Part shown: one piece after another, positions 39,405 to 53,999 of the stretch
Position numbering within the stretch: position 1 is the first letter of the stretch
How the letters are laid out: the number at the start of each line of letters is the position of its first letter
NCBI RefSeq assembly: GCF_963921235.1
Contig: NC_086097.1
Coordinates: 194,496,001 to 194,560,000, forward strand
Source of the DNA: Mobula hypostoma
Taxonomy: Eukaryota
DNA length: 64,000 nucleotides
Reading direction: 5' to 3'
Notes under the pieces: model-generated
What the model was told of the DNA's origin: nothing
Database searches by the model: none
What the model saw: the letters and a program-made list of their open reading frames with translations, nothing else
Made by a program: the position numbers and the translations under genes

Positions 39405-41260
39405 AAGAACATAACAAATAGGAGCAGGAGTAGGCCATGTGGCCTGTGGACCTGCTCTGTCATTCAATAAGATCATGGCTGATCTCCACCTACCTGCCTT
39501 TTCCCCATAACCCTTAATTCCCCTACGATGCAAAAACCTATCCAACTTTGTCTTAAGTATATTTACTGAGGTAGCCTCTACTGCTTTATTGGGCAGAGAA
39601 TTTCAGACTCACCACTCTTTGGAAAAAGCAGTTCCTCCTCATCTCTGTCCTAAATTTACCCCCACCCCCCAAATCTTGAGGCTATGTTCTCTAGTTCCAG
39701 TCTCACCTACCAGTGGAAACAACTTTCCTGTCTCTATCTTATCTATCCATTTCATAATTTTATATGTTTCTATAAGATCTACTCTCATCCTTCTGAATTC
39801 CAGCGAGTACAGTAACCCCCTTATCTCTGGAATCAACCTGGTGAACCTCCTCTGCACTGCCTCCAAAGCCAGTATATCCCTCCTCAAGTAAGGAGACCAG
39901 AACTGCATGCAGTACTCCAAGTGCGGCCTCACTAATACCCTATACAGTTGCAGAATAACCTTCCTGTTCTTAAATCCAATCCCTCTAGCAAAGAAGGCCA
40001 ACATTCTATTTGCTGCACCTGCAAACCAATCTTTTGTGATTCATGCACAAGCACTTCCAAGTCCTTCCGCACAGCAGCATGCTGCATTCTTCTACCATTT
40101 AAATAATAATCTGATCTTCCATTTTTCCTTTCAAAGTGGATGACCTCGCATTTACCAACATTGTAATTAGCCTATCTATATCTCTGTGCAGACTGTCCAT
40201 ATCCTTTGCACAATTTGCTTTTCCACTCAATTTAGTGTCATCAGAAAACTTAGATACATTACACACAGTCCCCTCTTCCAGATCGTTAATGTATATCATG
40301 AACGGTTGCGGGCCCAGCACCAACCCCTGTGGCACACCACTCACCACTGATTGCCAACCAGAGAAACATCCATGTATCCCAACTCTCTGCTTTCTATTAG
40401 TTAATCATTCCTCTATTCATGCTAATACATCACGCCAACTTTATGCATCCTTATCTTATGGATAACCATATAACCATATAACAATTACAGCACGGAAACA
40501 GGCCATCTTGACCCTACTAGTCCGTGCCAAACTCTTACTCTCACCTAGTCCCACCGACCTGCACTCAGCCCATAACTCTCCGTTCCTTTCCTGTCCATAT
40601 ATCTATCCAATTTAACTTTAAACGACAACATCGAACCTGCCTCAACCACTTCTGCTGGAAGCTCGTTCCACACAGCTACCACTCTCTGAGTAAAGAAGTT
40701 CCCCCTCATATTACCCCTAAACTTTTGCCCTTTAACTCTCAACTCATGTCCTCTTCTTTGAATGCCCCCACTCTCAATGGAAAAAGCCTATCCATGTCAA
40801 CTCTATCTATCCCCCTCATAATTTTAAATACCTCTATCAAGTCCCCCCTCAATATTCTATGTTCCAAAGAATAAAGACCCAACTTGTTCAACCTTTCTCT
40901 GTAACTTAGTTGATGATTTCCAGGTAACATTCTCGTAAATCTTCTCTGTACTCTCTCTATTTTGTTGACATCTTAAGGTGCCATATAAGTCTTTTATGTG
41001 GCACCTTATGGAACACCTTCTGGAAATCCAAGTAAATAACATAATCCACTGTGCTTATTATATCCTCAAAGAACTCCAGTAAGTATGCCAAACAGTATCT
41101 GCCTTTGCTGAATCCATGCTATGTCTGCCTGATGGATCCATTTCTTTCCAGATGCCACACTATTTCTTCTTTAATGATAGCTTCAAGCATTTTCCCAACT
41201 ATACATGTTGAACTAACTGGCCTACAGTTACCTGCCTTTTGCCTACATTCTTTTTTGAAT
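39405..41260 (-). mobile_element. CR1 3' half with a nested younger CR1 3' end (~40464-40972)
   Basis: SGVPQGLVLGP, KFSDDTK, VRPHLEYC; nested copy has a (TAACCATA)n tail and matches 49830-50340. Confidence 0.85.
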
Positions 41261-43438
41261 GAATGTGAGGAGGTTCTATTTTGTATTCTCCCTTTGACAT
41301 TCACAGTGCTTAATGCCTTCTTTATGTCACACAAACAATGATTAGTTTTGAATTACATGTATCTAAAATGAGCCAATTTTTAATACTCATTTGCAAGTTC
41401 AGAATTTTCATAACTTTTTCAAAAATGTATATCCAGACTGCACATCCAAAGTTTAACTAATCAACAATTTCATACAATGACATAATTATTCTATTTTTAT
41501 ACTTGTTCACTAAATGATATTGCTGTGTTGAAATTGCTCCTTTATTTTTAATGATGATTTATCTGAATATTACTCACACTGTTAACAGAAAATGCAGATT
41601 TTGTACATTTTAGTGATATCCCAATAGACTGGGTCAATCACAAACAAGAGAAAATCTGCAGATGCTGGAAATCCAAGCAACACATGAATATCTCTGGGTC
41701 AAGCTGTTTTGTACATCCAGCTCAACTGGGCAATCTTTCACTTATTATATCAATCTTATAATCTTTAGTCAACATTGACATGCATTTAGAAATAGAGACA
41801 ATGAATGCCTGTTGTGATATATGCTCTTGTTTTTATTTAATCCCTGAACCAGACTCAATTGGATACTGGACTTCTTAACATCCCTTTGGATGGAGGATGA
41901 TTTACTTGCACTCTGGTTTTGTGGGCTCCTGAGAGGACTCAAGAGTCCAATGTGGGAGCCACACAGACTTCCTCAGATGGGGTAGATGATGATTGGCATG
42001 ATAGTCAGGGTGCATAATTTGTAAAGTGGCCTGCTTCTCCTTTTGCTTACACAAGAACCCCCTGCCTGCTCTTGGTGCAGGGACTTGAAGTTGTCATTGC
42101 ATTCCAAATACTGAATCATCCATATAAGCAAAGGAAGCAGAGTGATATGCACTCCTTTTGACATGGTACCTTTGTCTGTTTTGAGTTGCTCCACGTAATC
42201 CTTCTCTTTTGAACCAATTGGATCACATACTATGCAGTTAATATGAAATGGTGATAGGAAGATGGTGATAATATATGTATTGATCCATCTTATGTGTAGT
42301 TTTGCCACTCTCTGTGATGGATATGATACATACCTGGTACAGTCAATTCCAAACAATTAAGGAAGGCTTTCCAGCAAGAATTGTAAGAAAAAGATGGGAT
42401 AAACTTTGTGGAAAGTAAACAGTAGATAAGCTTTTAAGCAATTAAGCTGTAGAGTATATTTTTCTCCTATCTAGAAAAAAACTAGATAGTGATCACTAAT
42501 TATTTCAAACACTTTCTATATTTCTATGATATTCTCTACTCTAAGGCACTAAGGTAGAGTGTAGACTAGAGATGTTTGGGATGAACTGTAGAAGTGAAGT
42601 CAAACTACCAGTAATTCAGTGCTTCATTATTGAAGCATTAAAGTTGATTGACATGAAAAGGCCATGCCTTTCTACAGGAACATCAATCAAAGGTGTCATT
42701 TCCTTTAACTTTACTGGAATTAGAGGTTTTTCATATTCTTCCTCTGTTGACCAGACAAAGAGATAAATAATATCTCAATACATTGTTGTCAGGATTTGAA
42801 ACTGATATATCTCCCATTTTCATCTATACATTTCTCTTTTTTCACCGAACTCCTTATTAGGAATATGCATTGTGCATACTGAAGGTAAACTACTCCATAT
42901 TGCTCTGTGCTGCATTTCTCATCATAATGACGGGGTTTTATAAATTTCAGTTATCTGTGGGAATGTTCCATATCTTTTAATGTTGTCATGTCATTTCTTT
43001 TCTGAAAAACAGTATAATAAGCATGTCATAGGGAAGGAAAGCTAAACAAAACACAGTGGCTAAAAATGAATTATTGTCTGTGGAGCTGAACAAAACTGCA
43101 GTTGTCAGATGCTCTACAGGCTATATATTTCTACTATACCGTCATGAATTACTGAACAGGTATGCATTCCTGCTTTCTCTGAAGTCACGTCTAGATAGTA
43201 TGGCTTAGCTAAGCTTAGCTATTCATGACAGGTAATAATGTCAGTTTGCTCAGGCAGCTTCTCTTTAAAACGAGGTGTTCAATACAGCCAAAATTACTGG
43301 CTTTACAAATGGGAATTGATCTACTTGCCACAGTAGTGATTAATTGTCTCCAAGGTCTGTATTCCACCATTCCTGATGCTATATGTGATAATAAAACAGA
43401 GGAGGTATCTAGTATTCTGAAAACCTCCAGCAATATTC

Positions 43439-43559
43439 CCTTACTCACTCTTCCTTCAGTTAGTCCTGACGAAGGGTCTCGGCCTGAAATGTCGACTGCG
43501 CCTCTTCCTATAGATGCTGCCTGGCCTGCTGCGTTCACCAGCAACTTTGATGTGTGTTG
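43439..43559 (+). mobile_element. 121-bp solo Penelope terminal repeat
   Basis: Perfect 11-bp TSD cagcaatattc at 43428-43438 and 43560-43570; near identical to the reverse complement of ~60087-60211. Confidence 0.9.
43462..43498 (+). ncRNA. Minimal type I hammerhead ribozyme
   Basis: AGTC-CTGACGA-AGG(GTCTCGG)CCT-GAAA-TG-TC-GACT: stem I AGTC/GACT, CUGAnGA and GAAA core boxes, GUC cleavage triplet. Confidence 0.75.
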
Positions 43560-43756
43560 CAGCAATATTCTATGCCATTTCCTTAATGACACCTATCTGC
43601 ACGTTCACGTAGGGTAAGATTCCCCTTTGGATATCACTGTCCACTTCACCTTTGCCAACAGATTTCTGAATGGACAATGAATCCATGAACACTACCTTAC
43701 TATATTTCCTCTCTTTTTGCACCACTTATTTAACTTAATTGTTTTATATATATATA

Positions 43757-45040
43757 TCATCATCAGGTGCCATGCCCAGTTTTTCAAGTTTTACTTTTAC
43801 ATGACATACTACTGGGTTATGGTCACTATTGCAGTCTGCACCTGGATATGATTTGCATTGAGTCACTGAGTTTCTAAATCTTTGGTTTATAGTAATAAAG
43901 TCAATTTGATTTAGAGAGTTATCACCTGGACTTTTCCAGGTCCACAAGCGTCTTGGATGGTTTTTAAAGTAGGTATTCATAATGACCTGATAATTCATCT
44001 TGCACCATTCTACCAATTTCTCACCTCTTTCATTTCTTTCCCCAGTCCAAATTTTCCTATAGTATTTCCATCCGCACCTTGTCCTACTTTAGCATTTAGA
44101 TCTCCCATGACAATAACAATATCTTGAGATTTGCATTTATTCTTTGCTTGTTCAAGCTCTTCATAGAATTTATCTATATCCTCATTTGTTCCATCTGTTG
44201 TTGGTTCATATACCTGAATAATTGCTAGATCAAATGGTTGTCCTCTGAATCTAACGAGGAGCACTCTTTCTGATATTGCCCAATGTCCTAAAACACTTTT
44301 TGCCATGCTTTCATCCATAAGAATTCCTACTCCATTAGTATGGGATGTTCCACAAGAATAAATTAGTGTTTTATTCTGACATGTTCTAGCACCTATCCAA
44401 TGAACTTCGCTAATTCCCATGATGTTAATCTTTAGTCTTTCCATTTCATTTATCACATGTCCAATCTTCCTGCTTGATATAGGATTCTTACATTCCAAGT
44501 GGCAATAATTTTCTTTTGTGTTACTTGAATTTTATGAGCAGTAGCTTGATGACGGTCGGGGATCCCCCGCTGACCAGAATCAACCCTACCGAGTGAAGCA
44601 TCTTCAGAATTGTCTTGAAGATCCTCTTGACGCTGTTGTTGTGTGATACATTTTGTGAGTTTTACCATGGTTTTCTTAGCAAATAGATTCTAGGAAACCT
44701 AGTATCTAGCAACGGTGGTTTGTTATTGCCTACCATTGGGCGAACTAAAGAAATCACCATTTCTCTTCCCAAGTGTTCATCGGCCTGTACTATAGCCGTT
44801 GACATTTGAGGTCCTAGCTCATCTGCCTTCTCCGTCATAAGTTCAGTTACTGAATCTGCTAGATCTGCCGTTGGCCTTTGCTTTTATCCTGAGCAGGAAC
44901 CCTTGCAGGTGCTACCGTTCCAGGTCAGAGTGGCCCTGGGAGCAATGAATGACTAAGGGGTAACTCCACTTTCCCCAAAGCTCTGAAAGTCCCCAATCAG
45001 AACCTCATCACCGGTTGCAGTTTAGAGTCATACCCAGGAC
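43757..45040 (-). mobile_element. Internally deleted RTE-clade element (5' UTR + APE endonuclease + short 3' end)
   Basis: IATWNVR, MGISEVHW, IIQVYEPT, VMGDLNAKVG, WTWKSPG, IDFI, CNSDHNPV; flanked by ttttatatatata on both sides. Confidence 0.85.
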
Positions 45041-45289
45041 ATTTTATATATATACATTTTGTAATTTGTAGTTTTATTATTACATATTGCAATGTACTGT
45101 TGCCACAAAACAACTAATTTCATGACATATGCCAGTGATGTTAAACCTGATTCTGATTCTGTCATGTCGATACAGCTGACCAGTCAATCTCAGCTTCAGG
45201 GAATGACCTTCATGCTTTGCAAGCATCCGGTGCACAAGTTGCAGCCGGATTCCTCTATATTTTGAGCAATACACACAAGCTCACTGGTA

Positions 45290-45740
45290 AGTTGGCATAC
45301 CTAGAAAGGTGCCAGGAAAGAGGCAGTAACATCATGAATGATCCCACCCACCCTACTCATGGACTGTTTGTCCCACCCCCATCAGGGAGGAGGTTACGAA
45401 TCACCAGACTTAAAAAAAAGCGCTACTTTCCCCAAGGAGTAAGGCAGATCAACACCTCCACCTACTAATCATTCTCTCCACACCCCAACCACAACTACTT
45501 TATCATTTTCTGTTTGTCACTTTATGTGCCTAGCATCACTTTATAGACATACAATCAATCTACTTATATAAACTTTCTTATGTATTTATATTTATAGTGT
45601 TCTTAAAATTACTATTGTGCTATTTGTCTTATTGTGTTTTTTTTTGTGGTGCTTTGGATCCTGAGTAACAATTATTTCATTCTCCTTTACATTTGTGTAC
45701 TGGAAATGACATTAAACATTCTTGAATCTTGAATCTTGAA
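45290..45740 (+). mobile_element. Rex1/Babar-like 3' end
   Basis: NIMNDPTHPTHGLFVPPPSGRRLR; (TCTTGAA)n tail. Confidence 0.7.
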
Positions 45741-46284
45741 GTTCCAAGTTGCATTAACCATTTTGTGAAGTATGTCCATCATTCATCCTCACTAAACTGA
45801 AACTCTGTTCTCTATATCTGAGGCCTTTCCAGTTGAACCACCTTATCCTCTGCAGCTAGGCCCCAGTGGAGACACTGCTCCTTTTTCAATACCGTCCACA
45901 ATATATGCGTCAGTATATAATGAGCTCCACACATACCCCTGGTGCCCGTTTTATTCTGGTTGATGCTATGTTCACCCAAAACCATATTTCATGCTTGGGA
46001 AGGTTGGTTCCCTCTACTGAAATGAAAAACAAGCAACTATTTTGTTAGTACTTTAAATAAATGCAAGTAAGCATGAAGGCAGTAGATGTTGAAAACATTC
46101 ATCCTTTATTGTTGAATGTGTAAATAGATATGAAGATAATGAATTGTAAACAAAATAAGACTTGAGATGGAGGAAGGAAAGACAGAAGAAAAGAAAATGA
46201 ATAATTTCAATGACAGGTAAGGTGCTCATATCTCTTTCTGTATCTGTGATGGCTAACAGGTAAGCTTTCTGCTGCTGGCTAATT

Positions 46285-46838
46285 CCTCATATGGAGTATT
46301 GTGAGCAGATTTTGGCCCCTTATCTAAGAAAGGATGTGCTGACAGTGGAGAGGGTTCAAAGGAGGTTCACAAAAATGATTCTGGGATTGAATGGCTTGTT
46401 ATATGAAGAGTGTTTGATGGCTTTGGGCCTGTATTCACTACAATTCAGAAGAATGAGGGTGACCATATTGAAAACTACTGAATGTTGAACGGCTTGATAC
46501 AGTGGGTGTAGAGAAGATGTTTCTTGTGGTGGGAGAGTCTAAGACCAGAGGACACTACCTCAGAATAGAGGAGAATCCTTTTAGAATGGAGATGAGAAAA
46601 AAATTCTTTAGCCAGAGTGGTGAATCTGTGGAATTTGTTGCTGAAGGGGGCTATGCAGGTGACGTCTTTAGTAAATTTAAGGAAGAATTTGATAGATTCT
46701 CGATTAGTAAGGACAAGAAGGGATATGGGGAGAAGGCAGGAGATTAGGGATGAGATGGAAAATGGATCAGCCATGATGAAATAGCACAGCAGACTAAAGG
46801 ACAAATTGGACTAATTCTGTTCCTTTATCTATGGTCTG
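46285..46838 (+). mobile_element. CR1 3' end
   Basis: EYCEQILAPYLRKD...VQRRFT, KTRGHYLR. Confidence 0.85.
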
Positions 46839-48410
46839 AAATAGAGTCCAACTCAGTCTTAACACAAAAGTGTGCATGTTAGGGACAATTTTATATCTTA
46901 CAAAACTAAAATTACTGGGCTTTGCAACTGGGAATGGAAATGACAGTGCTTTCTTGTCATAGAGGTTTTCTGCCCCTTTTCTGCCATGATGACACGCTCC
47001 TTGTCAATCATGCCCCATGAATTCTCCTTTGTATCTGGCTTGGAATGGATGAGTCTGCTTGCTACAGAAGTGGTGACTTGATCATGTTAAGTGGTGAAGT
47101 ATGTGTTTCATGGACAACCCTGGTGAGTAGAGGATTTGCAGACGAGACTAAAGTTGAAGCAGAGGGCTGCTTCAGCAGTTGTGATTATAGGAAGGTGTAA
47201 GGGAAACTGGGGAGGGGAGTATTGCAAGTATAATGCTAAAAGCAAAGCAGGGTTGAGGAAAGAATAATGGAGATGAGAAGTTAAATAGTTTGTAGAGGGG
47301 TCCAAAACCAGAGAGCATAGACTTAGATCTCGTTTTAGAAGTGGATTTGAGAAAAACTAGTTTTCATACAGAATGTGGTGAAGCTCTGTAACTCACTGCC
47401 TACAAAAATGATAGAGGTGGAATCCCTCATCGCATTTGAAGAACCATGATCTACAAGGCTACTGTCACATGCTGGAAACTTGGCATTAGTCCAGTTGACT
47501 TGTTTTTTGATCAGCACAGAAATGATACCTCAATAGGCTGAACCATTTCCCGAGTCTTAGTTTGAATCTGGTGAGATCATTGGAATTTTTTTATGGCTTT
47601 GCTCTTGGCTTAACCACCTCTGCAACTTCCTCTGGCGTTTATGTGTCCTCTTTACCACTCTATTTTTGACCAGGGCTTCCTTGTACCTTGTGTAATCAAT
47701 TAACCCTTTACTAACTTTACCTGATACCTGCAGAAGTGTTGTTTTTGTATTTCAGTTTCCCACCCCAACCCCTCTGATTAACTGAATTAAACGATCAGAC
47801 ATTAAACAACGCGAGTGGGCCTGTCTGCACAACCTACTCAATATTCCTTTGAACCCTTACTCCTTACTCAGCATTTGAAGTTCATTAAATCAAGGTAGTT
47901 CTGAAAAGGGATGGTGAGTCTTTGTCAAAGAGTATTATTAATATAAGCAGTCACACACTCTGAACTTACAAGGGCAAGTACCACTCGCTGTGAATTGAGA
48001 AGACAACTGGCTTGCAGAGGGCTGCGACTTTAAAGATATGGTTTGGAACTTGACATGACTATGAAACATTGTTGGATGCATTAGCCAAATGCATAGACAA
48101 TACCATATGTTAATTGGATTGCATTGAACCTGGCATCAGGCATTTTGAGATAATTTGCACAATTGTGACATGATTTAAGATGAACCTGTGATAAAGAAGG
48201 TTCTGGACCAACTATTGGAACCTACGTTCTTCAATCATATCTGAAGTATATCCTAATTTTCCAGAGGTAGGCATGGCTTCTGTTACAAAGGCCACAAGTT
48301 CTGCAATTCTATCCCTAACCCACTAATCACCTTGATCTTTGTCTCATTATTTTAGACTTCTTGAAAACCACCTTATTCACCACTTTTAGCCATGTAATGT
48401 AATGCTTAAT

Positions 48411-48583
48411 AAGGACTGATATCAGCTTTCAGTTTGATAAGACTCCAGGGATGGCTTGGTATCATTTTTTAAATCTTAAACTTGCTAGTAAACGTGAAGG
48501 ACTGATATCAGCTTTCAGTTTGATAAGACTCTAGGAATGACTTGGTATCATTTTTCCTATCTTAAACTTGCTGGGAAATGTGA
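48411..48583. repeat. Two-copy tandem duplication, 86-bp unit
   Basis: aaggactgatatcagctttcagtttgataagactc begins at 48411 and again at 48497. Confidence 0.9.
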
Positions 48584-49103
48584 AAGAGTTTAATTTCACA
48601 AATACTTTCTACTGTACTTTCCCAGTTCATATGCTCGATAGGGTTCTGAGCCCTAAGACAGGGTGGGTGGAATGAAGCTAGACTTTTTATCTCTCAGAAA
48701 CAACCAATTGCACTCAATATCATTACTTGTGTGTCTTAGACTCTGGTATAAATTCTGGTATGGTATAAATTTATCTACTTTCAGTCACTGCAATATTTTA
48801 TTAATTTGTCATAAAGAAGTGGTATATGTGAAAGAATGAGCCATGAGCCATTGTATGATCTTTAAACTTTCAGCAATATATCTTAAAGTTTTTATTCATT
48901 GTTCAGATTGTGTATTTTAAAATCAATTCTTGACATTTATGAAAATAACAAAGATTAATGTTCTCTTAAAGCACCAATATATTTTGCACTAAAAATAAGC
49001 TGACAAATAGCTACTCTTTTCTTGACCAGGCTGATATTAAAATTTAATGTTGATGATATTTATTTGTTCATGTAATTTGTATTGAGCATATATATTCATG
49101 GAC

Positions 49104-49705
49104 AATTTAGATTATGAAGACACGTAATGCATGCATTAAGAAATGATACAATATTTCCTCTGGTGTGATATCACAAAAACACAGGACAGACCAAGACTGA
49201 AAAAACTGACAAAACCACATAATTATAACATATAGTTACAACAGTGCAACAATACCATAACTTGATGAAGAAGTCCATGAGCACAGTAAAGTTCAAAGTC
49301 TCTCAAATGTCCCACATCTCACGCAGACGGGAGAAGAAAGAAAATCTCTCCCTGCCATGCCAACCACAATCCGACTCTGAGTCATCCGAAAACTTCGAGC
49401 TCTGATCAGCTCTCCGACACCAAGTACTGAGCGCCATCTCTGTCCGAATGATTCGACCTCCTTCTTGGTCGCCAAAAGCAGGCAAGGCCAGGGATTTTGA
49501 GGCTTACCCTCCAAAAGATTCCCAACCGCGCAGTAATGACAGCAGCAAACGAGCGTTTCAGAAATTTCTCCAGATGTTCCTCTGTGCTTTCACGTCCATT
49601 CTCCATCAAATCAGAATTGTCCACGGCCCCTATTTAACAGATACACTATCATTTTTCACCGGAGGGCTGCGCACACGCAGGTGCGCCGCCATCTTCTCCT
49701 CCCGC
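49104..49705 (-). mobile_element. Probable non-autonomous retroelement
   Basis: CpG-rich block in AT-rich surroundings, starting GCGGGAGGAGAAGATGGCGGCG on the minus strand; no coding similarity recognised. Confidence 0.45.
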
Positions 49706-49828
49706 ATTTATACATATTCCTCCAACATTGTTTCCACTATAATTTCAAAATTCATATTTTTGACATCTTGGTGTAGAAAAGCACTGAGGGCTTCAAATGG
49801 GGACAGAATGGCAAAGGTTCACACTAGA

Positions 49829-52800
49829 CATAACCACATAACCACATAACAATTACAGCACGGAAACAGGCCATCTCGGCCCTTCTAGTCTGTGCTGAAC
49901 TCTTACTCTCACCTAGTCCCACCAACCTGCACTCAGCCCATAACCCTCCATTCCTTTCCTGTCCATATATTTCTCCAATTTAACTTTAAACGACAACATC
50001 GAACCTGCCTCAACCACTTCTGCTGGAAGCTCGTTCCACACAGCTACCACTCTCTGAGTAAAGAAGTTCCCACTCATGTTACCCCTAAACTTTTTCCCTT
50101 TAACCCTCAACTCATGTTCTCTTATTTGAATCTCCCCCACTCTCAATGGAAAAAGCCTATCCACGTCAACTCTATCCATCCCCCTCATAATTTTAAATAC
50201 CTCTATCAAGTCCCCCCCTCAACCTTCTATGCTCCAAAGAATAAAGACCCAACTTGTTCAACATTTCTCTGTAACTTAGGAGATGAAACCCAGGCGACAT
50301 TCTAGTAAATCTCCTCTGTACTCTTTCAATTTTATTGACATCTTTCCTATAATTTGGTGACCAGAACGGTGCACAATACTCCACATTTGGCCTTTTCAAT
50401 GCCTTGTACAATTTTAACATTACATCCCAACTCCTATACTCAATGCTCTGATTAATAAAGGCCAGCATACCAAAAGCTTTCTTCACCTCCCTATCCACAT
50501 GATATTCCACCTTCAGGGAACTGTGCACCATTATTCCTAGATCCCTCAGTTATACTGCATTCTTCAATGCCCTACCACTTACCATGTATGTCCTATTTTG
50601 ATTAGTCCTACCAAAATGTAGCACCTCACATTTATCAGCATTAAACTCCATCTGCCATCTTTCAGCCCACTCTTCTAAGTGGTCTAAATCTCTCTGAAAG
50701 CTTTGAAAACCTACTTCATTATCCACAACTCCACCTATCTTAGTATCATCTGCATACTTACTAATCCAATTTACCACCCCATCATCCAGATCATTAATAT
50801 ATATGACAAACAACATTGGACCCAGTACAGATCCCTGAGGCACACCACTAGACACCGTCCTCCAATCTGACACACAGTTATCCATCACTACTCTCTGGAG
50901 TCTCCCATCCAACCACTGCTGAATCCATTTTACTACTTCGATATTAATACCTAACGATTGAACCTTCCTAATTAACCTTCCTTGTGGAACCTTGTCAAAG
51001 GCCTTACTGAAGTCCATATAGACAACATCCAGCGCTTTACCCTTGTCAACTTTCCTTGTAACCTCATCAAAAAATTCAATAAGATTTGTCAAACATGACC
51101 TTCCACGCACAAATCCACGTTGACTGTTTCTAATCAGACCCTGTCTATCCAGATAATTATATATACCATCTCTAAGAATACTTTCCATCAATTTACCCAC
51201 CACTGACGTCAAACTCACAGGCCAATAATTGTTAGGTTTACTCTTAGAACCCTTTTTGTACAATGGAACAACATGAGCAATACACCAATTCTCTGGCACC
51301 ATCCCCGTTTCTAATGACATTTGAAATATTTCTGTCAGAGCCCCTGCTATTTCCACACTAACTTCCCTCAAGGTCCTAAGGAATGTCCTTTCTGGGCCCG
51401 GAGACTTATCCACTTTTATATTCCTTAAAAGCGCCAGTACTTCCTCTTCTTCAATCATCATACTTTCCATAACTACCCTTCTTGTTTCCCTTACCTTACA
51501 CAATTCAATATCCTTCTCCTTAGTGAATACCGAAGAAAAGAAATTGTTCAAAATCTCCCCCATCTCTTTTGGCTCCACACATAGGCGTCCACTCTGATTC
51601 TCTAAGGGACCAATTTTATCCCTCACTATCCTTTTGCTATTAATGTAACTGTAGAACCCCTTTGGATTTATTTTCACCTTACTTGCCAAAGCAGCCTCAT
51701 ATCTCCTTTTAACTTTACTGATTTCTTTCTTAAGATTCTTTTTACATTCTTTATATTCCTCGAGCACCTCATTTACTCCAAGCTGCCTATATTTATTGCA
51801 GAACCCTCTCTTTTTCCGAACCAAGTTTCCAATATCCCTTGAAAACCATGGCTCTCTCAAACTTTTAACCTTTCCTTTCAACCTAACAGGAACATAAAGA
51901 TCCTGTACCCTCAAAATTTCACCTTTAAATGACCTCCATTTCTCTATTACATCCTTCCCATAAAACAAATTGTCTCAATCCACTCCTTCTAAGTCCTTTC
52001 GCATCTCCTCAAAGTTAGCCTTTCTCCAATCAAAAATCTCAACCCTAGGTCCAGTCCTATCCTTCTCCATAATTATATTGAAACTAATGGTATTGTGATC
52101 ACTGGACCCGAAGTGCTCCCCAACACATACCTCCGTCACCTACCCTATCTCATTCCCTAACAGGAGATCCAACACTGCCCCTTCTCTAGTTGCTACCTCT
52201 ATGTATTGCTGCAAAAAACTAGCTTGCACATATTTTACAAACTCCAAACCATCCAGCCCTTTTACAGAATGGACTTCCCAGTCAATGTGTGGAAAATTAA
52301 AATCTACCACAATCACAACCTTGTGCTTACTACAAATATCTGCTATCTCCTTACAAATTTGCTCCTCCAATTCTCGCTCCCCATTAGGTGGTCTGTAATA
52401 GACCCTCATAAGCGTCACTACACCTTTCCCATTCCTCAATTCCACCCAAATAGCCTCCCTAGATGAGTCCTCTAATCTATCCTGCCAAAGCACCGCTGTA
52501 ATATTTTTTCTGACAAGCAATGTAACACCTTGCACTCTTGCCCTTCTGATTCTATCACACCTGAAGCAACGAAATCCAGGAATATTTAGTTGCCAATCAC
52601 ACCCCTCCTGCAACCATGTTTCACTAATAGCTACAATATCATATTTCCAGGTATCAATCCATGCTCTAAACTCATCCAACTTTCTTACAATGCTCCTAGC
52701 GTTAAATAGATGCATTTAAGAAACTCTCCACCTCTTACTCTCTGTTTATCCCTAATGGAGCAAACAACTTTGTTATCTTTTTCTTCCTTCTCCCCTACAT

Positions 52801-52890
52801 CTTCGGTCTGAGTGCTCCCGTTCTCTGTCCCCTGCCTATCCTCCCTCACACACTGTCTACTAGCTTTCTCTATTTGTGAACTAACCTCCT
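49829..52890 (-). mobile_element. Young CR1 LINE with nearly complete ORF2
   Basis: ORFs 52140-52715 (APE), 50550-51968 (RT: YMDFSKAFDKV, SGVPQGSVLGP, YADD), 50193-50531 and 49913-50209; (TAACCACA)n tail. Confidence 0.95.
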
Positions 52891-53421
52891 CTCTCCTAGT
52901 CTGGAAATTGTCCTGGATAAACTTATCATCGATCCTGGATCCTATGAAATTTTCTGGCATGAGGGAAAAACATGTCTGCAAACATGGGGGATAAAGCTGC
53001 TTGGTCTCATCCACATCAATCTACAAATGCCAGATGTACCTGTTCATTATGACTATAATTATGGAAATAGCTGTCACAAAATCTTCATAGGAACAAAATT
53101 TGGTCTTAATCCTGATGCATTGGGAACCATCATCATCATCATCAGCACCTAAAATATCCAGCAGCAACATGCATTTTACAATAGCTTGAAGAAGCACTGC
53201 ATGATTTAGGCACCATTTGGTTTATCCTTCCACAATCTATAATCTCATGCAATACCATATTCTTCACTAAACCATTAACATCAAGTTGAAGGGATCAATC
53301 CTGGTTCAACGAGGAGTGTAGAAAGGATTGTCGGAATAGCAGGGACACAAGTTAGAATCATTTGTATACTAAACAACCAAAACTACAACAGCAAGCAATA
53401 GACAGAGATAAGCAATCTCGT

Positions 53422-53991
53422 TGTCATGGTCTGGTCCGAAATCCACTTTCTGGTTCACGGTCTGGTCCGTTGACTCCGGATTCCGGGTCTTCCGGCTGTC
53501 CCTTGTTTCAGTTTGACTTAACCATAAGCACCTGATGCTCTGTCGTCTGCTGAGGTTACTGGCCACCTTGAGTCTTGGAGCCACACTGGACTTTGCTCCT
53601 TTCCTGTCCCTTGCCTCCGTTGGGTAAGCTATGCTGTTTCCTGTTACCCTGTGATTGGGTCTGTCCCTCCCTGTCCTTGCCTCTGTGGGGTGGAGTCCTG
53701 TGTCCTGCCCAGGGGTCCTGTAGGAGTCCCCTTGAGGAACTGGAGCCTTATCACTTCTTTGCCTGTCTTTGGGGTCTGAACCTGAGTCAAGACCCAGGTT
53801 CTGGGTCCTTTTCCAGTCTCTGGCTTGGAGTCCATGCCCAGGCTCCTTGTTCCCAGTCCCTTGTCCTGGTCCTGCTTCCCTAGTCTAGTCTGTGTCCTGT
53901 CCTGTCATTTAGTTTTGTCTGTTCCTGTCCCATGTACTTCAGTGTCTGTCTCTTGCATTAGGGTCTGTTCCCAATGACACCCACTATGACA
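53422..53991. mobile_element. Solo LTR, 570 bp
   Basis: TGTCAT...ATGACA inverted termini; 5-bp TSD ctcgt/cttgt with one CpG-type mismatch. Confidence 0.8.
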
Positions 53992-53999
53992 CTTGTAGT

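Noticed and set aside
48411..48583. CRISPR-like or regulatory array
   Set aside because: Only two adjacent diverged copies with no spacers, in vertebrate DNA; an ordinary tandem duplication.
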